Shown here one piece after another: positions 10,330 to 20,832 of a DNA stretch of 64,000 bases. Positions within the stretch are counted from its first letter, which is position 1; every line of letters starts with the position of its first letter. The stretch lies in contig CAKKNE010000001.1 in the NCBI GenBank assembly GCA_918797485.1, forward strand, positions 5,270,001-5,334,000. The letters run 5' to 3'. The stretch comes from Pelagomonas calceolata. Taxonomy: Eukaryota. A model generated the notes under the pieces. That model worked only from the letters and a program-made list of their open reading frames with translations. It did no database searches and had not been told where the DNA came from. Made by a program: the position numbers and the translations under genes.

Positions 10330-11202
10330 CTAGGGAGGCGCCGTCGTATCGCGTGTCGTGATGTGATGCGGCAGGTCGCGGTCATTCCGCCAGAACGACA
10401 GCACGCGCCAGAATATGAACTTGTCCAGCGTGAAGAGGCGAGCGAGCTCCGGTGGCGGGCGCGCGCGTTCCTTCTCGCACAAGCGACGGAGCACGACGAG
10501 AGATACTCGCGGCGCCCTCACGTAAAACTTCCAGCTGCCGGCGTCCACCACACTCCGAAGAAAGTGGTAGAACTCGATGTCGACATCGGATTCACGAGCA
10601 CGAGATTCATAGCCCTCCCAATTTGGGTTATTGGCGTTGTAATGTGCACGGGCCAAAGCGTCCGCACGCCACGTCTCGTCCGGAGCGACGTAATTGACAT
10701 CCGCGCCTTGACTCAAGAGGTACTTCGCGACGTTGTATTTCTTCATGGTGACAGAAAACATGAGAGGCGAGACTCCCGCGCATAAGCCACCGCCTCGGGG
10801 CTTGTTCACGTCCGCCCCGGCACTTACGAGCAGTTTCATGATCGGCAGCGCCCTCTGCTCAGGTGAACAGCCGTGCATCGCGTCGGAGAAGTGCCTATCC
10901 TCCACGAGCGCTCCGCGCGCCAGGAGGAGGCGGACCGACTCGACACGGCCATACGCCAGAGCGACTGATAGTATGCTTTTGGGTGTAGGTCCATACGACC
11001 CTAAAAGCGCGTTTGGATCTCCTCCCGCATCGAGCCAAGCGCGCACTTCAGGTAACGCATCACGTCTATTTAGGCTATCTAGTGCATCCTGTAGAGCTTG
11101 CAAGCCCCTCTCGTCGAGATCAGGGTGGCGGCGCCGGAGACTTTCCAGGCGTGACTCGCCGGACATAATGAATCTATTAAGCGCGCGTGTGTGCCTTGAC
11201 AT
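10330..11202 (-). CDS. Ankyrin-repeat protein
   Basis: Ankyrin motifs AYGRVESVRLLLARGA, KLLVSAGADVN and SPLMFS...AKYLLSQGADVN. Start is ATG 11202 or 11166. Confidence 0.85.
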   Translation of the reverse strand: MSRHTRALNRFIMSGESRLESLRRRHPDLDERGLQALQDALDSLNRRDALPEVRAWLDAGGDPNALLGSYGPTPKSILSVALAYGRVESVRLLLARGALVEDRHFSDAMHGCSPEQRALPIMKLLVSAGADVNKPRGGGLCAGVSPLMFSVTMKKYNVAKYLLSQGADVNYVAPDETWRADALARAHYNANNPNWEGYESRARESDVDIEFYHFLRSVVDAGSWKFYVRAPRVSLVVLRRLCEKERARPPPELARLFTLDKFIFWRVLSFWRNDRDLPHHITTRDTTAPP

Positions 11203-11383
11203 CCCCCGACGTCGGCAAACGCCCTGGGGGCTCACAGGCTAAAAATGGGGCTCGTAAAAACGGGTTTTACAGCGACGCCATCGACGCGCACCGCAAGCGA
11301 ACACGCCGTGAACGCGAAAACTCCGCGACCAAAAAAAAACGAGGAGACTACTCAACGACAGAAGTTACACAGCAGCACGATCG

Positions 11384-11953
11384 TCATCGCCGCTTGTGCT
11401 CGTGGTTCTCGCAGAAGTCGGGCAGCTCCGGATGCAGTAGCTGCGCCAGCTGGAACCGCGTCGTCTTCTTCGTGAATTCCAATTTCTTCGCGCGGCACGC
11501 GTCCTCGAGCACCGGTCGGTTCGCGTTACTCTTCAACCACTGGCAACACAACACGCGCGGCCCGCGCGGCGGGCGCTTCTTCGAGGGGGACGCCTTCCCC
11601 TTCTCATCGGGCTCCTCGATGAAGGCCGGGATCTTCGTTTCGACGCAGCGCGGCGTCCACGGCGCGTGGCGCATTAACAGAGTCCACTCCTCCGAGAGCG
11701 CGTACTGCAGGGCGTCCATCGTCTCGAAGCGGCTCCAGCCCTGCCTCAATCGGTTGTGGAACTGGGCTAAAAAAGCTCGCATCGGGCTTCCTGGTCTTGA
11801 ACGCGCACATAGTTCAAACACGTGCGCGAGCTGCTGCTCGCGGATGTCTTGCTGCTCCGAGGAAAGCTGCAGCTCCGGTGCGATGAGCGGCGGCGTGACC
11901 TCCTCCGTGCGCTGTTTTTTGGGCGGCGGCTCGGCTGCTGGGCAGGGCTCCAT
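11384..11953 (-). CDS. Hypothetical protein (NLS-like PPPKKQR)
   Basis: 189-aa ATG ORF, divergent from the next gene across a CTAG element. Confidence 0.6.
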   Translation of the reverse strand: MEPCPAAEPPPKKQRTEEVTPPLIAPELQLSSEQQDIREQQLAHVFELCARSRPGSPMRAFLAQFHNRLRQGWSRFETMDALQYALSEEWTLLMRHAPWTPRCVETKIPAFIEEPDEKGKASPSKKRPPRGPRVLCCQWLKSNANRPVLEDACRAKKLEFTKKTTRFQLAQLLHPELPDFCENHEHKRR

Positions 11954-12095
11954 TTGAACAACCTTGGCGCAGCCCAGCTGAACGCTCGATAAGGCTCAAG
12001 AGAAGCTCGGGAGGCGGATGATTCGCACTAATGCGACGCGCCGAAAGCGTAAAGCGCTCACAAGGCCAGCTCGCGTGTTTGCGCGCATATGCCAA

Positions 12096-12119
12096 GCTAG
12101 CGGCATGTAAGACACTAGG
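12096..12119 (+). promoter_or_regulatory. CTAG-element copy
   Basis: GCTAGCGGCATGTAAGACACTAGG between divergent genes. Confidence 0.8.
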
Positions 12120-12278
12120 AAGCCGGACAAAAATGGCCGTGGGCGGGCATTAACCGCGAAATACTAGGCGCATTTATTGTGGTGAAAGAGCTCCAGCGAT
12201 ACGCCAGCCGGCGCGGACCATTTGTGCTGCTGGCGGCGCGTGTCGAGGCCCCCACAGCCATCTCCCACATTTGAAGGC

Positions 12279-13154
12279 ATGTCCACGTCCCAACAACTCT
12301 TCGGGGAGGACTCGTCCGACGACGAGGACGTGGGCGCGTACTTCGCGCTCGACCGGGACGACGACGGCCCGCCGCGGTTCGGCCGGGCGTTCCTGGCGCA
12401 CCGCGCGCGAGCCGCGGGCCTGGCGCCGGACTACGAGGCCGACGACCCGGCACCTGCTAGATCGATCGCGTCCCTGGGCCGCCGTATCCTTGCCGCCGAG
12501 ACCCTAGAGGAAGCTCAAGTGCACGCGCGGGCGGCGGTGGCGGCCGCAGCGCCGCCGCGCGGCAGACGGAGGGACGCCGCCGCGCCGCGCGCGCGGCCCG
12601 AGCGGCGCGAGCGCTCGCGGTCGCCGGCTAAATTGCCTCGGGACCCCGCCGCGCCGGGCGGTAGACGGCCAGGCGCCTTCGAGCGACGCGAGTCGCCGGC
12701 GACGCTGCCGCCGCAGCGGGACCCGCCGCGCTGGCGCGCGGCCGTGACCGCGCCGGCGCCGGCGCCGGCGCGCGTCGCGACGATCCAAGCCAGGCCGGTC
12801 GTCGCGAAGGTGAAGCGGCGCACCAAGGGCTTCGACCTCGAGGGCGTCGCCGGGGCCAAGAAGCCCCGCGCGGTGCCGCCGCCCTATTCCGCCGTCGTGC
12901 CGCGGCCGCGGAGCCCGACGCCCGAGCCCGAGTCGCCGCCGACGCACCCCGTCCGGAAGCGACACAAGGGCGCCTCGGCCGCGGCCGTCGATCGCGCGCG
13001 AAAGCTGCGCGAAGAGCTCGACGAGGGCTCCCCGCGCCTGGCGGCGCCGACCTACGCGCCGGGCAACGGGACGCCGTTCCGCGCGCCGGCCGCGAACGGC
13101 CATGCGAACGGCGCGAACAACGGGTTCTCGGAGTCGGACCTGGCGCTACTGTGA
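12279..13154 (+). CDS. Hypothetical Pro/Arg/Ala-rich protein
   Basis: ATG at 12279 (MSTSQQLFGEDSSDDED...); low-complexity, disordered-looking sequence. Confidence 0.6.
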   Translation: MSTSQQLFGEDSSDDEDVGAYFALDRDDDGPPRFGRAFLAHRARAAGLAPDYEADDPAPARSIASLGRRILAAETLEEAQVHARAAVAAAAPPRGRRRDAAAPRARPERRERSRSPAKLPRDPAAPGGRRPGAFERRESPATLPPQRDPPRWRAAVTAPAPAPARVATIQARPVVAKVKRRTKGFDLEGVAGAKKPRAVPPPYSAVVPRPRSPTPEPESPPTHPVRKRHKGASAAAVDRARKLREELDEGSPRLAAPTYAPGNGTPFRAPAANGHANGANNGFSESDLALL

Positions 13155-13209
13155 GTAAGTTTGATTTGAGAGTGACCTGAATCATCATTTAGAACTAGAC
13201 CACTTCACA

Positions 13210-15951
13210 CTACTGAAAGAACTGCACCTTCTCCGCCCCCGACTCGCGGATCAAAATGACGCGCCGCAGGCCCTCGATCAGGCGATCCACGGAGACCATC
13301 CATTCTTGTGGAGGCTGCCCGCGTTTCCGGGGGGGAAGGCGGATCAGCACGAGTTCGCTCGACCCCGAATGCTCGTTCAACAGCTTCGTGAGCTTCGTCT
13401 TGGCCGTCGATTCCATGCGCCGCATGGGCGACGGCGGCGAGATCGGGGAGGGCGGCTCCGGGGGCAGTGGCGGAAACGCCTCGGCGAAAACTTCTTTTTC
13501 TTCAGCAGTTAACGAGGACCCGCGCGTCAGCCCCCGTGCGCGCGTCCGCATGGACTGCTGGCGCGTCGGTGTTGTCGGTGTTGCGAAAGACGCGTCCCTG
13601 GCAAATCGAGGGTCATCTTCCTCGCCCAGGCGCAACACCAGCACCTTCGCCAAAACACCACCCGCCTTGAGCATGGACTTGACGGCCTCCTCCAATTTAC
13701 CGTCGTCCTCTATCCCAGCGTCCGTTCGTGGCGATACAACGAAGAGTCTCAGCTCGCACTGCGTCCACTTGTCGTCCCTCAAGAGCAAAAACGGGATCAG
13801 TAACAACAGCCCCGCAGCGGGGAACAGGTCGAAGACCATCCACACATCAACTCTACCTCGTAGAGGCGGGTCCTTGGCGCCGGGGAAAACCCTGTCACCC
13901 GCGAACACGAGTAGAGTCTTCAGCATCGCCGTGGTGTCGTCCATGGTCCTCAGGAAACCTCGAGCGTCCCTCTTAGTATCCGTAGGCCAGCCCAGCGCCA
14001 CGGTGTTCGGCCGGAAATACCCCAGGCCCTTCGTTTGTAGGAGATATTTACGGCCTTCTTCGTGCGACGGCGACACGACGACGTCCGCGAAGCCCTGGAC
14101 GCCCCGATCTCGCAGCAAGGCCCGGAGCCGCCGCCGCGCCTTCCGCGCCTTCCGGAGCGACGGTTCCGCCACCTCGTCGATGACGACGCCATTCACCAGG
14201 GCCAAGCCCTTGCCCCGTCGTACGAGCTGCGCCAACGCGTCGAGCATGCCTCGCTGCCACATGTAATTCGCATCAGCATCGATGTCGCACAGGAACAGCA
14301 CGAAGGGCCGCCAGTACTTGAACTGCAGGTCGCCCTCCTCGAGCGCGAGCATCGCGTTCCGTGCCGTCTTGAAGCGGCTGCCGGAGCGCCAGTCCGACGG
14401 ACCCTGTCGATGCGCCGGCGACACGCACATCGTTTCAGTCTCCGAATCGGACGCGCCCGGACTCTCGGGCTCGCGCTCGAAGATCGGGAGCTCGGACTCG
14501 CCGTGGGCCGTCGTTGTACTCGCTCCCGGCTGCGTCTCGATGTACTTGTAGAGCAAGCCCGCGACAGCCAAAGCGCCCAACGCATTCAGCTCATGCGTAT
14601 AAAACATGACGAAGAAACATACACATGCACCAAGTAGAGACACCTGCCACTTGAACAGCCTATAAGTAGGTCGGAAGGACGGGTGTTTTTCATATCCGAG
14701 ATAGGCACATGCCATATTTATAATGGCGTAGCACGTCAGGTACCATAGCGTGATGAATGGTGCTACTGCATTTAAATCTCCGACCATGACGAGGCCCATG
14801 GACAACGAGGCGCAGAACAATATTGCTTTGCGCGGCGCGCCGTCTCCCGAAGGTGCGAAATGCCTCAGGATGGGCACGAGGTCGTCCTTGCCTAGCGCTG
14901 CTAGTACGCGAGGTGCCCCCGTCAAGCTTTGTAAGGCCGCACCCAGCGTCGAGAGGAAGACGCCCACTACAACGATTAACTCGTGTGGCCAAGCCAAGTC
15001 TTTGACCACAAACCGGGGCACACGCGGGAAGTCTTTGAGCGGGAATTCTATTAATGCATCTCTTCGCACGGAACCGCCCGCCACGAGGATGACTTGGATC
15101 GAGAAAACAATAGTGGTGACGACGACCGCGGCGATTGTTCCTGGTGGTATTGATGATTGGGGGTCCTCCAGATCCCCTGATAGGCTTGAGCCCGCTAAAA
15201 CGTCCGTAACGGCTGGGAAAAACAGCGCCAGGCACGCCTTGAAGGACCACTCGACGCCCGCCCTTTGATTGTATTCCGCATCCAAGTTGTTCCTTAAGAC
15301 TTGTCCGGAAATGCCGACGATGCCTTGCGATTGTTTTCCGTCACCGACTGTGTGCACGACAACCCCCACCCAGATCGCGGCCACGGCTAATACCACTGGA
15401 AATAAGAACATTACCGCGAATCGCACCACGTATTCGACGCCCACAAAAGCAATAACCGCCAGTCCTGTCAATATAATAGCACCCAACATCCGCATCGGCA
15501 AATCACCAAAAGTAGATGGGAAGGAGAGCTGCAGCACTTCCACGCATCCTAGCACGTTCATCGCGGCCCCAAAAGTTTTTGACAAGAAGAGCAACGCCCC
15601 AGTGACGCCGCCGAACTGCGCACCGAGCGAATTCTTGACGATGGCGTAGCAGCCTCCTGACTTAGGCCTACCATTGGTCGCCACCGCGGACATCGACATG
15701 GCTGTTAGTAGTGCCGTAGCGCACGACAACCAAACAATACCGAGTCCCTGAATAATGCCGGCCTGTCCCACGATGAACGGCACTCTGACAAACAAAATGA
15801 TGCCCATGATGTTTTGTATGGTGGGCACGAAGACGCCCTTCGTCGTACCGAACTTTTTGGCCGCGGACGCCGCGGCCTCCTGGCGCCGCGACTCGGCCTC
15901 GAAGACGATGCTGTCGACGTGGCTCTTGCGGACCCGCGGCGTCGCGAGCAT
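13210..15951 (-). CDS. Cation-chloride cotransporter (SLC12/CCC family)
   Basis: KFGTTKGVFVPTIQNIMGIILFVR, SMSAVATNG, LFFPAVT..AGS..SGDL.DPQSSIP.GT, LQSLTGAPRVLAA, PSFRPTY and GLGYFRPNTV. ATG at 15951. Confidence 0.95.
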   Translation of the reverse strand: MLATPRVRKSHVDSIVFEAESRRQEAAASAAKKFGTTKGVFVPTIQNIMGIILFVRVPFIVGQAGIIQGLGIVWLSCATALLTAMSMSAVATNGRPKSGGCYAIVKNSLGAQFGGVTGALLFLSKTFGAAMNVLGCVEVLQLSFPSTFGDLPMRMLGAIILTGLAVIAFVGVEYVVRFAVMFLFPVVLAVAAIWVGVVVHTVGDGKQSQGIVGISGQVLRNNLDAEYNQRAGVEWSFKACLALFFPAVTDVLAGSSLSGDLEDPQSSIPPGTIAAVVVTTIVFSIQVILVAGGSVRRDALIEFPLKDFPRVPRFVVKDLAWPHELIVVVGVFLSTLGAALQSLTGAPRVLAALGKDDLVPILRHFAPSGDGAPRKAILFCASLSMGLVMVGDLNAVAPFITLWYLTCYAIINMACAYLGYEKHPSFRPTYRLFKWQVSLLGACVCFFVMFYTHELNALGALAVAGLLYKYIETQPGASTTTAHGESELPIFEREPESPGASDSETETMCVSPAHRQGPSDWRSGSRFKTARNAMLALEEGDLQFKYWRPFVLFLCDIDADANYMWQRGMLDALAQLVRRGKGLALVNGVVIDEVAEPSLRKARKARRRLRALLRDRGVQGFADVVVSPSHEEGRKYLLQTKGLGYFRPNTVALGWPTDTKRDARGFLRTMDDTTAMLKTLLVFAGDRVFPGAKDPPLRGRVDVWMVFDLFPAAGLLLLIPFLLLRDDKWTQCELRLFVVSPRTDAGIEDDGKLEEAVKSMLKAGGVLAKVLVLRLGEEDDPRFARDASFATPTTPTRQQSMRTRARGLTRGSSLTAEEKEVFAEAFPPLPPEPPSPISPPSPMRRMESTAKTKLTKLLNEHSGSSELVLIRLPPRKRGQPPQEWMVSVDRLIEGLRRVILIRESGAEKVQFFQ

Positions 15952-16371
15952 CTTGGTTGCCAACGCTAGCACTTGTGCAGCTGCTGTATGTACAATGGGG
16001 CTGCCCTTACCGGTGCGGCAGCCCGCTTGCTCGTATGATCGCGTCGCCGGCGCGAAGGGCTGCACAACTGCGTAATCTACTACGCACGGCTAGCAAACAC
16101 TATTGATTGAATTCTGAACTCGTTGAAATCCTCTCAATTCGGGTCGCAACCTAGTATGTCTAAACGCTACATAATCGTAATTTGGACGCGTTTGGCCTAA
16201 GCTCACGCGTGCTGCGCTTTTACAGCGTAGTGCGTCGCCTGCGGGTCGCCTCCATCGCACCGCTGCTGACCACAATCAGCGAGCGGACCGCTGCATCGCT
16301 GTACACCAATAGCCAAAACCGCCTAGGTCCGCGCGTGTGAATCGCTGCGCGGCGCACAAAAAAGGCCAAAG

Positions 16372-19300
16372 ATGTGGAGCCCCGCCATCGACCGCCAGGC
16401 CAATCAAGAAGCGGAAGACTTCTTCGGCAGTTTTGGAGAGGCGCCGCCGCCGCCCATGCCGCGGTCACCGAACCAAACGCAGCCCCAATTCGACGACGTC
16501 CCGCTGTCCGCGGCCCCCGAGGAGGAGCATAGACCGTCAGTTGTGTCGGCGGCGGCGCTCGGCGAGGCCTCGCCGGAGGAGACGGCGCAGCAGCACGCTC
16601 CGCCCGAGGCGTCCACAACTTTTGGAGACAACCCCGAGGCGACGGCGCCGCGCCACGGCAGTCTGCTGGGAAGATTGTGGGGCCCGCCCTCGGGGAGCAC
16701 GGACCCCGAGATCAACGCGCCGCCGGCGGAGGAGCAGCCCTTCGCCGCGCCCCCGCAAGAATCAGGCGAGGATTTAGGCTGGGGCGTCGAGGATTTAGGC
16801 GACGATGAGGATGAGGGCGTCTGGAATGACGAGCCCGACACGCCGTCTCCACACCTAGAGACGCTCACAAACTATCTCATGAGGCACAATCCAGCAAAAG
16901 CAGGGAACGCGCCTAGATTGCTCAAAGAGTATTCAGGAAGAGAACAGGAGCTCTTCGCGAATATAGAAAGGAAGTACGGTGAACCGGTGATCACGACGCC
17001 GCCGTCGATGCCACCGCGGGTCATGAGCGCGACGATGTCGAACATGGAGAACGCCTCCCAGCAGCCGCGCGTCCCGGAGACGCCGCAACAACCTACAGAG
17101 ATGCGGCGCGCGCTGTCCACCATGGAGAACGCTGGAATGAGTCCGTCTCAGAGCTGGACGCCGGCGCCCGTGACGAATGCAGTAGAAGAGGCGGAGTCCG
17201 CCGAGAAGCTGTTCGGGGCGCAGCCGGAAGAGAAGGCCGTCGCGGAAATGTTCGACGCGATCGTGGAAGAGGAGGCCTTTTCGGGGCAGCCGCCGGGCCG
17301 CGTCGCCACCGGTGAGCTATTTGGAGGTGACGTGGCGCCTCTAGCGGCCGCTGATGCGTTTACTGCTGCTCGGGACGCGGAAGCGCATCGGGCGGCGTCG
17401 ATGGCCGGGATTCAGCCGCCTGCTGACGCCGCGGCGGCGTTCGGCGCGCCGCCTACCGACGCCGCTGGGGCGTTCGGAGCGCCACCACCCGAGGCCGCCG
17501 CGGCGTTCGCCCCGGCACCTGAGGACCAGCCCGTGGAGCTGCAGACGGAGTTCACCTTCGCGCCGGCGGCGGAGCAGCCCGGGGACACCGCCTTTGGCGC
17601 GCCGCCGCCCGACGCGGCCGCCGCGTTTGCGCCGGCGCCGGAGGAACAGTCCGCGGCGGCGGCGTTTGCCGCCCCTCAGGACGCGGCCGCGGCTGCGTTC
17701 GGCGCGCCGCCGCCTGACGCCTCCGCGGCGTTTGGCGCGCCACCTCCCGACGCCGCGGCTGCGTTCGGCGCGCCGCCGGAGGCAGCTGGTGCGTTTGACG
17801 CGCCTCCGGCCGACGCCGCGTTCCCGCCGGCGCCCGAAGAGCCGGCCGCGGCCGCGTTCGGGCCCCCGCCGACCGACGCCGCGGCCGCCTTCGGCGCCGC
17901 CCCGGAGGAGCAGGCGTTCGGCGCACCGCCGACCGACGCCGCGGCCGCGTTCGACGCGCCGCCGACCGCCGCCGCGGAGGCCTTCGGCGCGCCGGAGGAG
18001 CTGCCCGCGGAGCTCCAGACGGAATTCACCTTCGCGCCGGCCGAGGAGCAGCCGGCGGCGGCCGCGTTCGGCGCCCCGCCCGACGCCAGCGTGGCGTTCG
18101 GAGGGCCGCCGCCCGACGCCGCCGCGGCGTTCGCGCCGGCGCTGGAGGAGCCGGCGGCGGCGTCCATGTTCGGCGCGCCGCCGCCGGGCGACGCGACCGC
18201 GGCGTTTGGGGCGCCGCCCGAGCAGCAACCCGCGTTCGGCGCCCCGCCGCCCGATGCGGCCGCGGCTTTCGGCGCGGCGCCCGAAGAGCAACCTGCGGCC
18301 GCGGCGTTCGGCGCACCGCCTACCGATGCCGCTGCGCAATTCGCCTCCGCCCCCTTCGGAACGGAGACCCAGCCCGGGGCCTTTGGCGCACCACCACCTG
18401 ACGCATCCGCGGCGTTCGGCGCGCCGCCGGAGCAACCATCCGCGGCGGCGGCGTTCGACGCCCCTCAGGACGCGGCGGCCATGTTCGGCGCGCCACCGGA
18501 GCAGCAAGCGTCTAACGACGGGCCGGGCGTCAACGGCCACGTGCCGCCGCCCGAGGACTTCCCGCCGGCGGCCGCGGCCATGTTCGGTGGCGTGCCGTCG
18601 ACGTTTTACGAGTCGCCGCCGGCCGCCCCTGTTTTCGGGTCGCCCGCGTCCTTCGGCGCGGAGGCGTCGCCGGCAGCCGCCGAAGCCTTCGAGCCGCCGC
18701 CCGCGCCGCCGATGCCAGCACCACCCTCCCCATCAACGCCGCCCGCGTCGACGGCGCTGGAAGTCACCGTCGACGGTACTACGGCCACGGCGCGCTGCGG
18801 GGCCGTCGCGTGCACGTGCGTCGTCCAAGCGCCGTCATCATCAGCGACGGGCCTGCCGCTCTTGGACGCGCTCGTCGCGGTCCTCGCCAACGCCGCCGAC
18901 GCGACCCTCTCGCTAGAAACGACGATCGGCGGCCAGCGCCAGCAATTCAATGTAGACTATTCTACGGCATCGCGGCCGCACGACTCGGCGCTCTTCTCTT
19001 GTGCTGGGGCGGCAATCGGCGCCGCGTGCCGCGCGGCCTTCCGCGAGCTCGGCCAGGCCAAGGTCACGGTCGTGCGGGGCGGCGCCGTCGTGGCGGCAAC
19101 GCTCGAGGGGGGCGCGGGCGCGGTCGTCTGCGACGCGGCGCCCTACGGGCGCGCGCCCCGCGGCGGGCGGCTGCGGGTCGGCACGTATCGGACGTGCCTG
19201 ACGCCCCTCTTCTTCGAGGCCCTGGGCCTCCATTTAGGGAGGGGCCTGCGCCTCGCGTCGCAGCGCACGGGCGACGCGCGCGACTGCCTCGAGGCCGCCT

Positions 19301-19869
19301 TCGCGGCGTGCGGGCGCTTATTGAGGGTTGCGCGGCCGGGCGAGAGTATCAGTTGCGGCCCGCGCACGGGCGCGGCGGCGGCCTGCACCATCGACCTCGA
19401 CCAGGCCGACGAGACATCCGAGGTGGCGACGGGTGTGGCGGCCGTCGACGCGTTGCTGAAGACGCTCGCCGACGTCGCGGGCTGGCGCCTGCAGGTCCGC
19501 GCCGCCGACCGCGACGGCGACGGGCGCGCCCTATCAACGGACGTCGGGGCCGCCGTCGGCGCGGCCGTGGCGGCCGCCATGGGGACGGTCGCGGGCGACG
19601 GCGCGGGCGCGAGCGGCGCTGTCACGGCCTGCGTCGCCCGGAGTTCCGAGGGCTCGTTAACGTGGGACGTGCGCGTGGCTGACGAGTACGTCGACGAGTC
19701 CTTCGCGGCGGAGCACGTCGAGCGCCTCTTCGGCAGCTTCGCGCGGGCCGCGGGCCTGCGCCTGCACGTCGCGGCGCCGGGAGTCCTCCCGGCCGCGGAC
19801 ATGATGGAGGACGCGGCGCGGGCGGTCGGGTCGGCGCTGCGCGAAGCGCTCCAGCCTGTAAGCATTTAG
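16372..19869 (+). CDS. Large AF(G)APP-repeat protein with two C-terminal degenerate imidazoleglycerol-phosphate dehydratase (HisB/IGPD)-like domains
   Basis: 1165-aa ORF. About 30 Phe-centred Ala/Pro repeats, then TGLPLLDAL...VGTYRTCLTPLFFEAL...LEAAFAACGRLLR and TGVAAVDALL...DVGAAVGAA...HVERLFGSFARAAGLRLHV...AVGSALREAL. Confidence 0.75.
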   Translation: MWSPAIDRQANQEAEDFFGSFGEAPPPPMPRSPNQTQPQFDDVPLSAAPEEEHRPSVVSAAALGEASPEETAQQHAPPEASTTFGDNPEATAPRHGSLLGRLWGPPSGSTDPEINAPPAEEQPFAAPPQESGEDLGWGVEDLGDDEDEGVWNDEPDTPSPHLETLTNYLMRHNPAKAGNAPRLLKEYSGREQELFANIERKYGEPVITTPPSMPPRVMSATMSNMENASQQPRVPETPQQPTEMRRALSTMENAGMSPSQSWTPAPVTNAVEEAESAEKLFGAQPEEKAVAEMFDAIVEEEAFSGQPPGRVATGELFGGDVAPLAAADAFTAARDAEAHRAASMAGIQPPADAAAAFGAPPTDAAGAFGAPPPEAAAAFAPAPEDQPVELQTEFTFAPAAEQPGDTAFGAPPPDAAAAFAPAPEEQSAAAAFAAPQDAAAAAFGAPPPDASAAFGAPPPDAAAAFGAPPEAAGAFDAPPADAAFPPAPEEPAAAAFGPPPTDAAAAFGAAPEEQAFGAPPTDAAAAFDAPPTAAAEAFGAPEELPAELQTEFTFAPAEEQPAAAAFGAPPDASVAFGGPPPDAAAAFAPALEEPAAASMFGAPPPGDATAAFGAPPEQQPAFGAPPPDAAAAFGAAPEEQPAAAAFGAPPTDAAAQFASAPFGTETQPGAFGAPPPDASAAFGAPPEQPSAAAAFDAPQDAAAMFGAPPEQQASNDGPGVNGHVPPPEDFPPAAAAMFGGVPSTFYESPPAAPVFGSPASFGAEASPAAAEAFEPPPAPPMPAPPSPSTPPASTALEVTVDGTTATARCGAVACTCVVQAPSSSATGLPLLDALVAVLANAADATLSLETTIGGQRQQFNVDYSTASRPHDSALFSCAGAAIGAACRAAFRELGQAKVTVVRGGAVVAATLEGGAGAVVCDAAPYGRAPRGGRLRVGTYRTCLTPLFFEALGLHLGRGLRLASQRTGDARDCLEAAFAACGRLLRVARPGESISCGPRTGAAAACTIDLDQADETSEVATGVAAVDALLKTLADVAGWRLQVRAADRDGDGRALSTDVGAAVGAAVAAAMGTVAGDGAGASGAVTACVARSSEGSLTWDVRVADEYVDESFAAEHVERLFGSFARAAGLRLHVAAPGVLPAADMMEDAARAVGSALREALQPVSI
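17420..18505 (+). repeat. Coding minisatellite encoding DAAAAFGAPPP-type units, with an internal duplication (ELQTEFTFAPA at ~17536 and ~18010)
   Basis: Repeated gacgccgc..gcgttcggcgcgccgcc units are visible in the DNA. Confidence 0.85.
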
Positions 19870-20832
19870 TTATCTTACCCTGTCCAAGGTTGCCCGGCTC
19901 GCCTCGGGGAGCGCGTCCTCGAACGCGGCGAGGTCGTCGAGCCATCCACACGCCGTCGCGAGGTCCGCGGCCACGTCGTCGGCGTCCCCCTGCAGCCAGA
20001 CGTCCTCGCGCGCATGTGACGAGCAGTCGATGCCCACGCCGGAGGCGACGTCGTTCCGGTCACATATGATTCGCGGCGCGCTGTCCGGCGCGGCCAGAGC
20101 AATCAGATTCGCGGGCGAGACGACCAGCGACGTGCCGGCAACTAGTACGAGGTCCGCGGCCGGCAGGTCGTTCTCTAGCACTTCGAAGAACGACTGCGGC
20201 AGCGACGCGCCAAACAACACGGTAGTAGGCTTGAGGAGCGGTCGTTGACATGAATCACAGAGCATCTCCGACGATTCGGCCGGCGCGTCGGCGTCGACGC
20301 CGTAGATATCCTTGATCGAAGTTCGCACCCTCTGACAAAAATCGTCGAAGTCTATGGGCGCGCCGCAGCCCTCGCAGGCCGCGCGGCCGACGCTCCCGTG
20401 GCACGCACAGATCTTGGCGGGATCGATACTCGTCTGAAAATCCAGGCCGTCGATGTTCTGCGTCACGAGTCTGAGGAGCTTGCCCTTCGCGTCAATCACC
20501 TCCAGGAACCGGTGGAACAGCGTGGCCTTCCACTGTTGCCGCTGAGTGCCCAAAATAAAAGGGCGCCGGACTTCGTGGTACGGGAACTGGTTTTGCAGAA
20601 ACATGTCCTTCAGGACGACCGCCGTCGGGTCCCGTGCCATGGCCGCGCGCTCCTGCGGCGTCGCCGTGATCAATTCAGGTCGTAAAGTGTCGTACATTCC
20701 TCCTGGCGACCGAAAGTCCGGAATGCCAGCGGCGCAGCTCACGCCAGCGCCCGTCAATACGACGACTTTCTGGCATGCATCGCTCGCCAGGTACGCTGCG
20801 ACCCCTTTGACGTCGCGGGAGGCCAGCCGCAT
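19870..20832 (-). CDS. NAD-dependent deacetylase, sirtuin (SIRT2/Hst2-like class I)
   Basis: LTGAGVSCAAGIPDFRSPGG, TQNIDGLD, HGS, two CxxC pairs, LKPTTVLFG and GTSLVV. ATG at 20832; the upstream ORF extension runs into the promoter. Confidence 0.93.
   Translation of the reverse strand: MRLASRDVKGVAAYLASDACQKVVVLTGAGVSCAAGIPDFRSPGGMYDTLRPELITATPQERAAMARDPTAVVLKDMFLQNQFPYHEVRRPFILGTQRQQWKATLFHRFLEVIDAKGKLLRLVTQNIDGLDFQTSIDPAKICACHGSVGRAACEGCGAPIDFDDFCQRVRTSIKDIYGVDADAPAESSEMLCDSCQRPLLKPTTVLFGASLPQSFFEVLENDLPAADLVLVAGTSLVVSPANLIALAAPDSAPRIICDRNDVASGVGIDCSSHAREDVWLQGDADDVAADLATACGWLDDLAAFEDALPEASRATLDRVR

Noticed and set aside
17341..18916. Long alternative-frame and antisense ORFs (e.g. 17354..18916 +, 17341..18540 -, 32870..34174 +, 34535..35983 -, 57460..58554 -)
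   Set aside because: These are Arg/Pro/Ala-rich shadow ORFs, expected in high-GC coding DNA overlapping well-supported genes.
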